Under the pieces are notes generated by a model. The model searched no databases, was not told the DNA's origin, and saw nothing but the letters and a program-made list of their open reading frames with translations. A DNA stretch of 64,000 bases from an uncultured Nitrososphaerota archaeon (GTDB lineage: Archaea > Thermoproteota > Nitrososphaeria > Nitrososphaerales > Nitrosopumilaceae): assembly GCA_963701075.1 (NCBI GenBank), contig OY969559.1:1600001-1664000 (forward strand). Direction: 5' to 3'. This document shows positions 50,362-59,317 of this stretch, in pieces. The position numbers were made by a program, and so were the translations under genes. Numbering within the stretch: the first letter of the stretch is position 1; each line of letters starts with the position of its first letter.

Positions 50362-50925
50362 ATGATAAACAGATATGTCTTTTACATTGCAATTTTTGCA
50401 ATCATATTTTATGGAATAAATTTTAGCCTAGTTTATGGATATACTGATGTAGGCCAACTTATTGCAAGCAAGTATTATCTTTCGCTAGATAATAAAACAT
50501 ACACTATATTCTATTTCTTGCATAATCTGGATACATCAAATACCGACATGTCCAATCTGGATTATGCGGGAAAAATCTCATCAATATCAATGGAACCCAA
50601 CAAAAATGCAATGCTGATCTCACTTGATAATATCTCAACAAATGATGAGCTCTCCGTGGGTTTCAACAGTGCAATAATTTCAGCAGATAATGGAAAATTC
50701 GTGGTTTTTGTAGATGGTGTTGAAAAAGGGTATGCCATATCAACAGCATTTGGAACTGACACGGTTATAACCGTCGTAACTCCAAACGGCACTAGTAATG
50801 TGGAAATAGTAGGTACACATGCAGGTCCAGAATTTGGCCCAGTGGCATTATCAGTGCTTGCTATTTCAATAATATCCATCATGATTATTTCAACAAGAAC
50901 TAGATTGAGATTTTCACAATTCTAG
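50362..50925 (+). CDS. PEFG-CTERM surface protein
   Basis: Signal peptide; VEIVGT..PEFG + TM + RTRLRF. Confidence 0.85.
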   Translation: MINRYVFYIAIFAIIFYGINFSLVYGYTDVGQLIASKYYLSLDNKTYTIFYFLHNLDTSNTDMSNLDYAGKISSISMEPNKNAMLISLDNISTNDELSVGFNSAIISADNGKFVVFVDGVEKGYAISTAFGTDTVITVVTPNGTSNVEIVGTHAGPEFGPVALSVLAISIISIMIISTRTRLRFSQF

Positions 50926-50971
50926 ATTATGTAGTTTCAAAACAAAAAATCTATGATGAATAAACATTAGA

Positions 50972-51892
50972 TCAGACTAGAATATCCCGTAAGCGAAAAG
51001 TTTTGGTAAGTGATTCAGATCTCATTCTTAGAGCCACGGTACTTATTCCAGCAGCATCTGCCATTTGTTTCTGAGTAAATCTTTCTCCATTGTTTACAGA
51101 TGATATGTAAAGTGCGGCAGCGGCCAATGCTATAGGGTTTTTCCCAGCTGCATAGCCGCTTTCCTTGGTCTTTGCTAGGATCACCAATGCATCCCTTCTA
51201 CTCTTTTCAGAGGTACCTACGTTACTTGCTATCCTATTGATAAAAAATGAAGAATCATAAGACTCTATTTTCAAATCAAGATCCTCAATCAACAGTCTGA
51301 CATCTCTTGAAAGATCCTTTACGCTGATGTTCCCAGCTGTTGCAATATCTGGTATGGTTCTTGGTGTGCTAGACTGCCTACAGGATAAATATAGTGAAGC
51401 CAATGTCAAGCAATCAATCCTCCTGCCCCTGATTTTCTTGGTCTTTGCCTTTCTGTATATGTAAGCTGCTTCCTCAATTATCGGATCTGACAAGCCAAGT
51501 TTTGTTCTTACGGTATTGAGTAGAGTAAACGCAGTTCTCATTCTTGCTTCAGAATTTCCAGATTTGCTGCGATTATCCCACATTCTTAGCCTGTCAAATG
51601 TCTGTTTCATTCCCCCTGATAGCGAGTGTCCCGTGGCATCTCTGTTTTCTTTGCCAATAATTGTTGACAATCCCATATCGTTTATTGCAAGTGTTGTTTT
51701 GGCACCAGTCCTAGATTTTTCAAAATACTCTTCACTGGTGAATGCCTGTTGTTCTGGCCCAGAAACGGGGGTCTTTTCAACTAGTACCAAGCCACAGTTG
51801 GAACACAAAATCTCTCCAGTGGCATCATCAGTTACGACTGAGCCTTTGCACTTTTCATTTAGACATTTTTCAATATCTGGTGAGGAACGCAT
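50972..51892 (-). CDS. tfb: Transcription initiation factor TFB (intact paralogue)
   Basis: Zn ribbon, DMGLSTIIG, two cyclin folds, GKNP.ALAAAALY. Confidence 0.93.
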   Translation of the reverse strand: MRSSPDIEKCLNEKCKGSVVTDDATGEILCSNCGLVLVEKTPVSGPEQQAFTSEEYFEKSRTGAKTTLAINDMGLSTIIGKENRDATGHSLSGGMKQTFDRLRMWDNRSKSGNSEARMRTAFTLLNTVRTKLGLSDPIIEEAAYIYRKAKTKKIRGRRIDCLTLASLYLSCRQSSTPRTIPDIATAGNISVKDLSRDVRLLIEDLDLKIESYDSSFFINRIASNVGTSEKSRRDALVILAKTKESGYAAGKNPIALAAAALYISSVNNGERFTQKQMADAAGISTVALRMRSESLTKTFRLRDILV

Positions 51893-52037
51893 GTTAGAAA
51901 TCAGGATAATAATAGGTCGTTTTTCTTATTTAAACACTGATAAATTTAGGTCGCCCTAATTTTTTTACATAAAAATAGGTACAATAGAAATTGGTAATCA
52001 AAAAAATATTCTTATCAGAGGATGCAATCCTTATTTT

Positions 52038-53843
52038 GTGACTGAATACGAAGGACTGCGAACCGCAGATATTGTTGTCGAAGGTTTGCTTCGATGGGGA
52101 GTTGAAGTAATTTTTGGATTGCCTGGTGACGGAATTAATGGAGTATTCGAGGCATTACGACGCCGCAAAGAAAAGATCAAGTTCATTTTAGTCAGACATG
52201 AAGAGTCTGCAGCTTTTATGGCATGTGCATATGCCAAATACACAGGCAAGCTTGGTGCGTGTGTTGTAACCTCTGGACCAGGTGCCACACATCTTCTAAC
52301 GGGATTGTATGATGCCAAAGCTGATGGAGCACCAGTAATTGCAATCACTGGAAATACCTACTCGGATATGATGGGCTCCAAGTATCAACAAGACATCAAT
52401 CTCTTACAGCTGTTTTCAGATGTTACAGTTTACAATAACATGATAAATGGTCCTGAACATGCTGAATCTGTAATAGACATTGCATGCAGGGATGCTCTTG
52501 CGTTAAGGGGAGTAAGCCACATCACAATTCCAATTGACATTCAAGAAAGGAAACTAAAAGGAGAATATACAAGACATAATGTTGGCGGTCATACCGCACA
52601 TCTTCTTTCTCCAACAACAGCCAACAGGGTTCCAGACACAAGATTGCTTGAGAAAGCAGCAACAATTCTCAATTCCGGAAACAAGATAGTTTTACTGGTA
52701 GGACAAGGGGCTTTGAATGCAGGCGATGAGGTGATTGCAACTGCCAGAAAGCTTTCTGCCCCTGTAGTAAAGGCACTACTTGGCAAGGCAGTCATTTCTG
52801 ACGATGATCCTTACAACATTGGTGGTCTTGGTCTTCTTGGAACCGAACCGGCAAGCGATGCAATGGTTCAAGCAGACACTCTGTTAATGGTTGGCACATC
52901 TTTTCCGTATATGGAATATCTGCCGAAGCCTGGAAGTGTAAGAGGGATACAGATCGATATATTTCCAGACAGGATTGGCTTGCGGTATCCTGTAGAGGTG
53001 GGGCTTGTGGGAGATGCAAAACTAACCCTTGTAAAGCTGTTACCACTTTTACGTCAAAAAGATGACAAGTTTCTCAAATCAAAGCAAGAGGCAATGAAAA
53101 AGTGGAACAAGCTGATGCATTCGTCTAATCCTTCTGCCAAACCAATCAAGCCACAATTAATTGCAACGGCAGTCTCGGAAGAATTAGCTGATAATGCAAT
53201 AATTTCAGCGGATAGTGGAACCAATACAATCTGGGCTGCACGTCACATCGATCTCAGAAAGGGGATGAAGTTCTCGTTATCAGGCACTCTTGGTTCCATG
53301 GCATGCGGACTGCCATACGCAATAGCAGCACAGATTGCATTTCCAGACAGGCAGTCAGTGGCATTTGTAGGAGATGGTGGATTTACCATGCTAATGGGTG
53401 AATTTGCTACCGCTGTGAAATATGATCTGCCGATCAAAGTAATCATAATCAAAAATGACATTTTGGGAATGATAAGATGGGAACAGATGGCATTTCTTGG
53501 AAATCCTGAATATGGCATAGAGTTTGCTCCAATTGATTTTGCAAAGTTTGCCGAAGCTTGTGGTGGCAAAGGTTATTCAATAAGAGAGCCAAGTGAAATT
53601 AAAAATGTGATTCATGAAGCCATGTCACAAACTAAACCAACTATTGTAGAAGCATACGTAGATCCGTTTGAACCTCCAATGCCTCCAAAGGTTGACATGA
53701 AATTCGTGAAAAATATGGCAGAGTCGTTTGCAAAGGGGCAGCCATATGCAAAAAGAATAGGATTGACAATTTTCAGAGATCAAGTACACGAGAAACTTGG
53801 AAAGATTCACAGTGACTCGGAAAAGAAATCAAAACAAGTTTGA
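52038..53843 (+). CDS. ThDP/FAD-dependent pyruvate oxidase/dehydrogenase (PoxB-like)
   Basis: FGLPGDGIN, RHEESAAF.A, SGPGATH and GDGGF..L...N ThDP motif. Confidence 0.88.
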   Translation: MTEYEGLRTADIVVEGLLRWGVEVIFGLPGDGINGVFEALRRRKEKIKFILVRHEESAAFMACAYAKYTGKLGACVVTSGPGATHLLTGLYDAKADGAPVIAITGNTYSDMMGSKYQQDINLLQLFSDVTVYNNMINGPEHAESVIDIACRDALALRGVSHITIPIDIQERKLKGEYTRHNVGGHTAHLLSPTTANRVPDTRLLEKAATILNSGNKIVLLVGQGALNAGDEVIATARKLSAPVVKALLGKAVISDDDPYNIGGLGLLGTEPASDAMVQADTLLMVGTSFPYMEYLPKPGSVRGIQIDIFPDRIGLRYPVEVGLVGDAKLTLVKLLPLLRQKDDKFLKSKQEAMKKWNKLMHSSNPSAKPIKPQLIATAVSEELADNAIISADSGTNTIWAARHIDLRKGMKFSLSGTLGSMACGLPYAIAAQIAFPDRQSVAFVGDGGFTMLMGEFATAVKYDLPIKVIIIKNDILGMIRWEQMAFLGNPEYGIEFAPIDFAKFAEACGGKGYSIREPSEIKNVIHEAMSQTKPTIVEAYVDPFEPPMPPKVDMKFVKNMAESFAKGQPYAKRIGLTIFRDQVHEKLGKIHSDSEKKSKQV

Positions 53844-53892
53844 ATCTACATAAATTATTGCCTTTTCTGCAAGAGAAATAGATGGAAAGTGA

Positions 53893-54468
53893 TTAGAATC
53901 CTGTGGCAAAGTTTGCCATCATATAGATAATTACGATTTGGAGCACAACCTGGCTTACAACTACTTTGAGATATCTTCTTGTCCATTTCTGAATTTTTTC
54001 TAAATTCGGCTCCGTCTTTCTGATCTCAAAATAGATACGAAGATTTGTAGGCAAAAGTATTCCAAGACCTTGCACTGTCATGGCTATGACAATAATCACT
54101 ACGGCAGAAATCCAGTAAACCGTGGGTGTACTGTATGTGAAAAGCCCCATCTTTGCAGCAAGGTAATAGCCAGCAGTACTTGTCACTGCGGTAACGGTAC
54201 TCATGTAAAAGACCATCTTTGGCATCAGCCATGAGATGATCTCTTTTCTGGTTTGGAGGGTAACATGCCTGAATATGGGGCCCAGCATGAATCCCATGAA
54301 AATGTCTGTTCCAGTCCACATGATTGCAGTGAAGACGTGAACATAATTCATCAAAAGGAAATTGCCAGTGAAAATTGCTACTAGCAGGACACCTATTGGT
54401 ATCGCTACCCACAAGTTTGCACGTAAGGAAATGGAAGGAGGCTGCGATAAATTTGGGTTGGCGCTCAA
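53893..54468 (-). CDS. Multi-TM membrane protein
   Basis: YVHV...MWTG.D motif; five hydrophobic segments. Confidence 0.7.
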   Translation of the reverse strand: MSANPNLSQPPSISLRANLWVAIPIGVLLVAIFTGNFLLMNYVHVFTAIMWTGTDIFMGFMLGPIFRHVTLQTRKEIISWLMPKMVFYMSTVTAVTSTAGYYLAAKMGLFTYSTPTVYWISAVVIIVIAMTVQGLGILLPTNLRIYFEIRKTEPNLEKIQKWTRRYLKVVVSQVVLQIVIIYMMANFATGF

Positions 54469-54651
54469 TTTACTTGACCACTAGAACTGGTACCATGTTT
54501 TGCTGTTAAGGTCTTTGCTTCATTCATGAAATCCGTAGCTTGTTAATTTCTATTAGTGGATATTAGTCCAGATCAGAGGTCTTACAGGACTCGAGAACAT
54601 TAATCATGAAGTTTATCTAGAGAATTTCGGGTTTACTGGCATAATTCATGC

Positions 54652-54843
54652 CTAATCTCCACCAGTAGTGTCGCAAGCGCATAATCCATATTCGTCAATC
54701 CTGCTTTTGCAGACGGCACAATCTTCTCCATAATATACCTCCCACGGCTCCTTCAAAAATGCACGAAAATGTTCATCAATTTCCTTTGGAATTAGATTTT
54801 TTTCCCTTTCCAGTTCTGTTGTCAATGACCCTTTTGCAGCCAT
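54652..54843 (-). CDS. Small zinc-finger-like protein
   Basis: CAVCKSRIDEYGLCAC. Confidence 0.7.
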   Translation of the reverse strand: MAAKGSLTTELEREKNLIPKEIDEHFRAFLKEPWEVYYGEDCAVCKSRIDEYGLCACDTTGGD

Positions 54844-55036
54844 AACTGACCTCTTTTACTTGCCGAGTTATTAAAAAACAGATTATGATTATCATAGTTA
54901 GGAATCATAAATTGAGGTTTTCAGAGGCTATTCATCGAAGTATGATGACGCTCTAACCAAATCAAGACCTTTATTGTAGTAAGGCAAGGTTATGCGTCAC
55001 ACAAGAAATTTGAATTAAACCAAGACTGAGTCAGTT

Positions 55037-55804
55037 TTATTTGTCAAAACCTAACAAGTATCCTCGTAACAATTGTATGGCCATTGCTGGATCTACCCCT
55101 TTTGGGCAGACATGACTACACGTTCCAGCAAAGTGGCATCTCCATATGCCATGCGATTCATCGACAACCTTCAACCTCTCTTTTTTTCCGTTGTCCCTAC
55201 TGTCTGCAACATAACGATAGGCTTGTGCCAGACCCTGTGGTCCAATAAATGATTTGTCTGTTGCCATAGTGGGGCATCCTGAATTACACAAACCACATTT
55301 GATGCAATAAGAAAATTGTAGGTATTTTTCTACATCTTGTGGAGTTTGTAAAAATTCTTTCTTTCCAGATTCCAATTCCGAGTCATCACTAATTATGTAC
55401 GGCTTCATTCTTTTATGTGTAGAAAACATTTGTTTGAAATCAACAGCCAGATCTCTTATCACGGGAAAATTAAACATGGGCTCAACTATAACAGTATCAG
55501 AGTCTAACTCTGATATTTTTGTATAACAGGCAAGTCGTGGATAGCCATTTATTCTCATTCCGCAAGAGCCACATGATGCCTGCCTGCAGGAATATCTCAC
55601 TCCAACAGAGTGATCCAAATTTTGTTTGACATAGAGAATCGCATCCAATACAGTTGTCCACTTTTGAACAGGAATCTTGTATTCACCAAATTTTGGCAAT
55701 ACATCTGTGTTCGGATTGAATTGCGATATTTTCAGAGTTATCGTTTTAGTTGTGCTTGATGCAGCCAATTCATCTGATTTTGATGATGCTAAAACTTCTG
55801 CCAA
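55037..55804 (-). CDS. sdhB: Succinate dehydrogenase / fumarate reductase iron-sulfur subunit (orphan)
   Basis: SCRQASCGSC...C, CIKCGLCNSGCP and CHFAGTCSHVCP. Confidence 0.93.
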   Translation of the reverse strand: MAEVLASSKSDELAASSTTKTITLKISQFNPNTDVLPKFGEYKIPVQKWTTVLDAILYVKQNLDHSVGVRYSCRQASCGSCGMRINGYPRLACYTKISELDSDTVIVEPMFNFPVIRDLAVDFKQMFSTHKRMKPYIISDDSELESGKKEFLQTPQDVEKYLQFSYCIKCGLCNSGCPTMATDKSFIGPQGLAQAYRYVADSRDNGKKERLKVVDESHGIWRCHFAGTCSHVCPKGVDPAMAIQLLRGYLLGFDK

Positions 55805-56004
55805 TCAAAACTCCTACCATTTGGCATGGTTACATGATGAGTTTTGCGATTATTATTGTTTTAGAATACAAAATCAATTAATCTAATCTCTGTTTGAAAT
55901 TTTTTCTTACTGTTAAATTGCACTTGATTTCAATCACTAAAAATCACAATTCCAAGATTGATAATCATGTAAGAAGTTTAATACCGAAACTCCGTATTCA
56001 ACAC

Positions 56005-56433
56005 ATGCTTCAAAACAGATTCAAGAAGATTCTTGTGGCCCTAGATGGATCCATGCATTCCAGAAGAGGCCTTAACGAGGCAATATCACTTGCACGCCAG
56101 TCTGATGCAACTATAACTGCCATACATGTGATACCAGGTTTCCCAAAGACCTTTGGAACATCAAAGAAAGTGGAAAATCAAATGATGAAAAAAGTTAGAA
56201 CATTCATTGAAGATGCAAGAATTAATGCTGGTAGACACGGACTAGAGTTTGAAGAAAGGATTGTTCGATCAAACGATACAGTAGCGGCAATTTCAAATCA
56301 TGCTAAAACAGGAAAATACGACATTGTAATCGTAGGCTCAAGAGGTCAAGGTGCCCCAAAATCTGAATATTTTGGCAGTGTGGCAAATGGCATTCTCCAT
56401 GACTGCAGAACACCAGTACTTCTTGTAAAGTAA
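56005..56433 (+). CDS. Universal stress protein
   Basis: KKILVALDGS..S, DIVIVGSRG, GSVA..IL....PVLLVK. Confidence 0.92.
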   Translation: MLQNRFKKILVALDGSMHSRRGLNEAISLARQSDATITAIHVIPGFPKTFGTSKKVENQMMKKVRTFIEDARINAGRHGLEFEERIVRSNDTVAAISNHAKTGKYDIVIVGSRGQGAPKSEYFGSVANGILHDCRTPVLLVK

Positions 56434-56550
56434 AATTTGAATTAAATGCCCTAATGCACCAAAGAGGTCTGAATAATCCATTTTATTTTGTGATTATCAA
56501 AGTTAATACCCAAATTTTCATTTTAAATAAGAATAAATGGTATTCTTGGC

Positions 56551-57207
56551 ATGCCTTCCACTAAATCAAAAATTCACGTCCCAGATGGTTCTGACAGCAT
56601 CCTGGCAGAAATAGAGCTCCTGAAATCAAAGAGAAAGAAAATCGAAAAGGATTTTGAACGACTACGCAGCAAACTTCTTAACAGAAAAAAAGTATACAAA
56701 ATCAATTCATCCAATTGGGAGGATTGGAAAAAGTTAAGCATTGAATACGATGAAATCGAACAAATCATGAAGGATATCGATGAAAAGCTACTAACTTTAA
56801 AAGGGCTCCAAGAAAAACTTCTAAAAAAACATATAAAATCAATCAATGAGACAAAAACTATCAAAATAAAGCGAGTATATGAAAAATACAAAAAAGACGA
56901 TGGTTTTAGAATATTAATAGACAGGTTATGGCCACGAGGTTTAAGCAAAAACAAATCAAAAGTGGATTTATGGTTAAAAGATATTGCTCCAAGTGATGAA
57001 TTGAGAAAGTGGTTCTCTCATGATCCTAAAAAATGGGATGATTTTAAAATGAAATACAAAAAAGAATTGAAAAGTAAACTAGAGCTAATTAGGAAGGTTG
57101 AACAAATAGAAAAAGAGAAAGGAATTGTTACGCTTCTCTACTCTGCAAAAGACGAAGAACACAACAACGCAATGGTTCTGAAGGAGATCCTAAAAAACAG
57201 AAAATGA
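56551..57207 (+). CDS. DUF488 (YeaO-like) protein with an N-terminal coiled coil
   Basis: IKRVYE...[42 protein letters not shown]. Confidence 0.9.
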   Translation: MPSTKSKIHVPDGSDSILAEIELLKSKRKKIEKDFERLRSKLLNRKKVYKINSSNWEDWKKLSIEYDEIEQIMKDIDEKLLTLKGLQEKLLKKHIKSINETKTIKIKRVYEKYKKDDGFRILIDRLWPRGLSKNKSKVDLWLKDIAPSDELRKWFSHDPKKWDDFKMKYKKELKSKLELIRKVEQIEKEKGIVTLLYSAKDEEHNNAMVLKEILKNRK

Positions 57208-57323
57208 CAAGTTGACTGATATTATCAAGAATTGCAGAACCGTTTGCAATCAATTGTAATCATAATTATCAAGGATAGGAACATTATTCTCTGTTTATAT
57301 CCGATGTGTACTTGAGTTGATCA

Positions 57324-57488
57324 TTGACTGCCATCGATCTCAATAAAGAAGAAATTAAGATACTCATTGCAATAATGAAATTTTCAATAGACGCTTGTCC
57401 ATTGGGTAGTGTTAGTCAGGAGTTTGAGATTGATGCAGAAAAGCTTGAGAAGTTAATTGCAAAGATGGAGAAGGGGTTACAATCGTAA
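57324..57488 (+). CDS. 54-aa microprotein, paralogue of 58269..58502 (not in ORF track)
   Basis: TTG start: MTAIDLNKEEIKILIAIMKFSIDACPLGSVSQEFEIDAEKLEKLIAKMEKGLQS*. Confidence 0.7.
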   Translation: MTAIDLNKEEIKILIAIMKFSIDACPLGSVSQEFEIDAEKLEKLIAKMEKGLQS

Positions 57489-57952
57489 ACCGCGTCTTGA
57501 ATCCAAAAAAGCCTTGTTGATTATCAAACTTGAAAATCTACATCCTTCTTTAAGTTCAAAATCTGTTCAATAGTATTGGCAAGGACGCAATTACCAAAGT
57601 ATTTCAGGTATTGGCTATTTTAAAAGCGTCCGAGCCAAATTTAAGATAAAATAAGAAATACACTCGCTTGCATTTTCTTGCATTGTATTTAATATGACGG
57701 GTGTAAATTAAGATCAAGTCAGGGGTTACTGGCGTCAACTCCCCGTTGATAAACCACTATTAGTTTTATGAACCCCTGGACTGAATCATCTCATTATTCG
57801 GACAGGTTTGATCAAAGAAGTTTGACTCCCTTCTGATCCTTGACCAATTATGTATCGTAGTTTTACTTGCGAGTTTCCCCATCCTTCTCTTGTATCTACT
57901 TTTGTATCGTCTCTTTTCTTTCACATGATGTTTGCGTTTCTTCATGGACAGT

Positions 57953-58177
57953 TTAGATGAAATTACTATAGGTAGCATCAGATTTCTTTATTTCTATCCT
58001 TGCCCCGTCCTTGCCATACATGTAAAGTTTGCCAGATTCTTCTCCAGCGGTTTTTTTATGCGAGCCGTCGCAGAATGGTTGATTTTTACTTAAACCACAC
58101 ATGCAAATCCACTTTGATTCATTTCCTACTTTGATTTCCATTGGACCAGTAGCATCTTTCTTAACCAATCTTGTCAT
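57953..58177 (-). CDS. CDGSH iron-sulfur domain protein
   Basis: WICMCGLSKNQPFCDGSH. Confidence 0.93.
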   Translation of the reverse strand: MTRLVKKDATGPMEIKVGNESKWICMCGLSKNQPFCDGSHKKTAGEESGKLYMYGKDGARIEIKKSDATYSNFI

Positions 58178-58268
58178 TTCTATAGTTGGTGTTAGTATTA
58201 ATCAGATAAAAATTACACCCTAGTTCTTACAAGGCATCTGCCATCTGGTCGTATTTTCAGCCCTGTTT

Positions 58269-58502
58269 TTAACAATCTAACTTGACTGCATTTGACAGAT
58301 CATCTGGTTTCTGTTCGTGCAGTGTCATCGACTCTAGCATTTTCTGAAGTATTTTCTGAATCATCCTGTGGTCAATTTTTACATGTTCATTCATCTCAGA
58401 GATTGGACAGGCAGTACTGCAGAAATTCAAGATTGAGATGATTGTTTCTGCCTCATCCTCTTCTAAACCAACTTGGATCTTAGCAGGTGATCGTGCAGAC
58501 AT
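58269..58502 (-). CDS. Small helical protein with an F...ACP motif
   Basis: Aligns end to end with 57324..57488. Confidence 0.7.
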   Translation of the reverse strand: MSARSPAKIQVGLEEDEAETIISILNFCSTACPISEMNEHVKIDHRMIQKILQKMLESMTLHEQKPDDLSNAVKLDC

Positions 58503-58675
58503 GAATATGTTAATCCCTTCATAGAATTTAAGACGAAAAGACGATTCCTAACTATGATAATGACATACAAAAATATCGAGTTGATACTTTTGATGGGTAT
58601 TGCAACATTAGTTGAAAACCCTCGGGGGAATTGATTAGTTAGTTTAGTGCCTCTTTAAAGATGATCAGCCCAAAT

Positions 58676-58891
58676 TTATAATAGATCAAGAAATTCTTTC
58701 TTGGTAAGACCGCAATCAGATATTATTTTCAATAATAATCCTTTGCCAAGTTCATTTTTTCGCGGAATTGCAGTCCAGACGCCTTCTCCGTTTTCTACTA
58801 TAATGTGACTGCCAGATTGTCTTGTTGCATAAAATCCCTTTTTTCTTAATGCTTTGAGAACTTCTCTCCAACCTAGTACTGGTAGGCTCAA
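58676..58891 (-). CDS. hicA: HicA family toxin
   Basis: L.KKGF...RQSGSHII......IP....L..G.L..I....GL. Confidence 0.9.
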   Translation of the reverse strand: MSLPVLGWREVLKALRKKGFYATRQSGSHIIVENGEGVWTAIPRKNELGKGLLLKIISDCGLTKKEFLDLL

Positions 58892-59095
58892 ACTGAAACA
58901 GTTACCAGATTAGAAGACTTTCTTTTTTTATCTTCCAAATAAGACAGGCAGAGCTTGATAGCTTCTTTTGTATCCTTTATTGCCTCAGATTTGGTGTTTC
59001 CCTGTCCCCTCAGCTTGAGGTATTTCAAGGCAATATCCAACATAGAATTTACCATCTTTTTTTATTATCATGTTGTAATCTCTTCTTTGTGCCAT
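58888..59095 (-). pseudogene. hicB: HicB family antitoxin (not in ORF track); +1 frameshift at 59011, probably an artefact
   Basis: Removing one base gives MAQRRDYNMIIKKDGKFYVGYCLEIPQARGQGNTKSEAIKDTKEAIKLCLSYLEDKKRKSSNLVTVSV*, whose TGA overlaps the hicA TTG. Confidence 0.85.
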
Positions 59096-59317
59096 GAGTT
59101 ATTGTAGTTGTTTTATTATATAAAACTGATACTTTTGAATTCACATGCCAGTTGATTAGGAAATTTCTCAATAGTTTAGTTCTCTGCAAAAACCAAAATT
59201 ATCTTGAGGGGCCTTGTCTATTTAGATTAATTCCCCACTTTAAAACATGAACAAGTTGATTTTAGATTCGAGTCTAAAATAAAACTACACTGGGACTTAG
59301 GATGACCTCAATTAACA

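Noticed and set aside
57721-57745. GGGG...CCCC hairpin as a possible ncRNA or riboswitch
   Set aside because: Short and imperfect; no recognisable family features.
57766-57978. 70-aa Lys/Arg-rich ORF
   Set aside because: No family recognised and it overlaps the CDGSH gene end; a shorter basic peptide is possible but unsupported.
205-59015. Programmed ribosomal frameshifting at AGCTGA
   Set aside because: The motif occurs in different reading frames in the four genes, and intact genes also contain in-frame AGCTGA (e.g. ~52320, ~53186).
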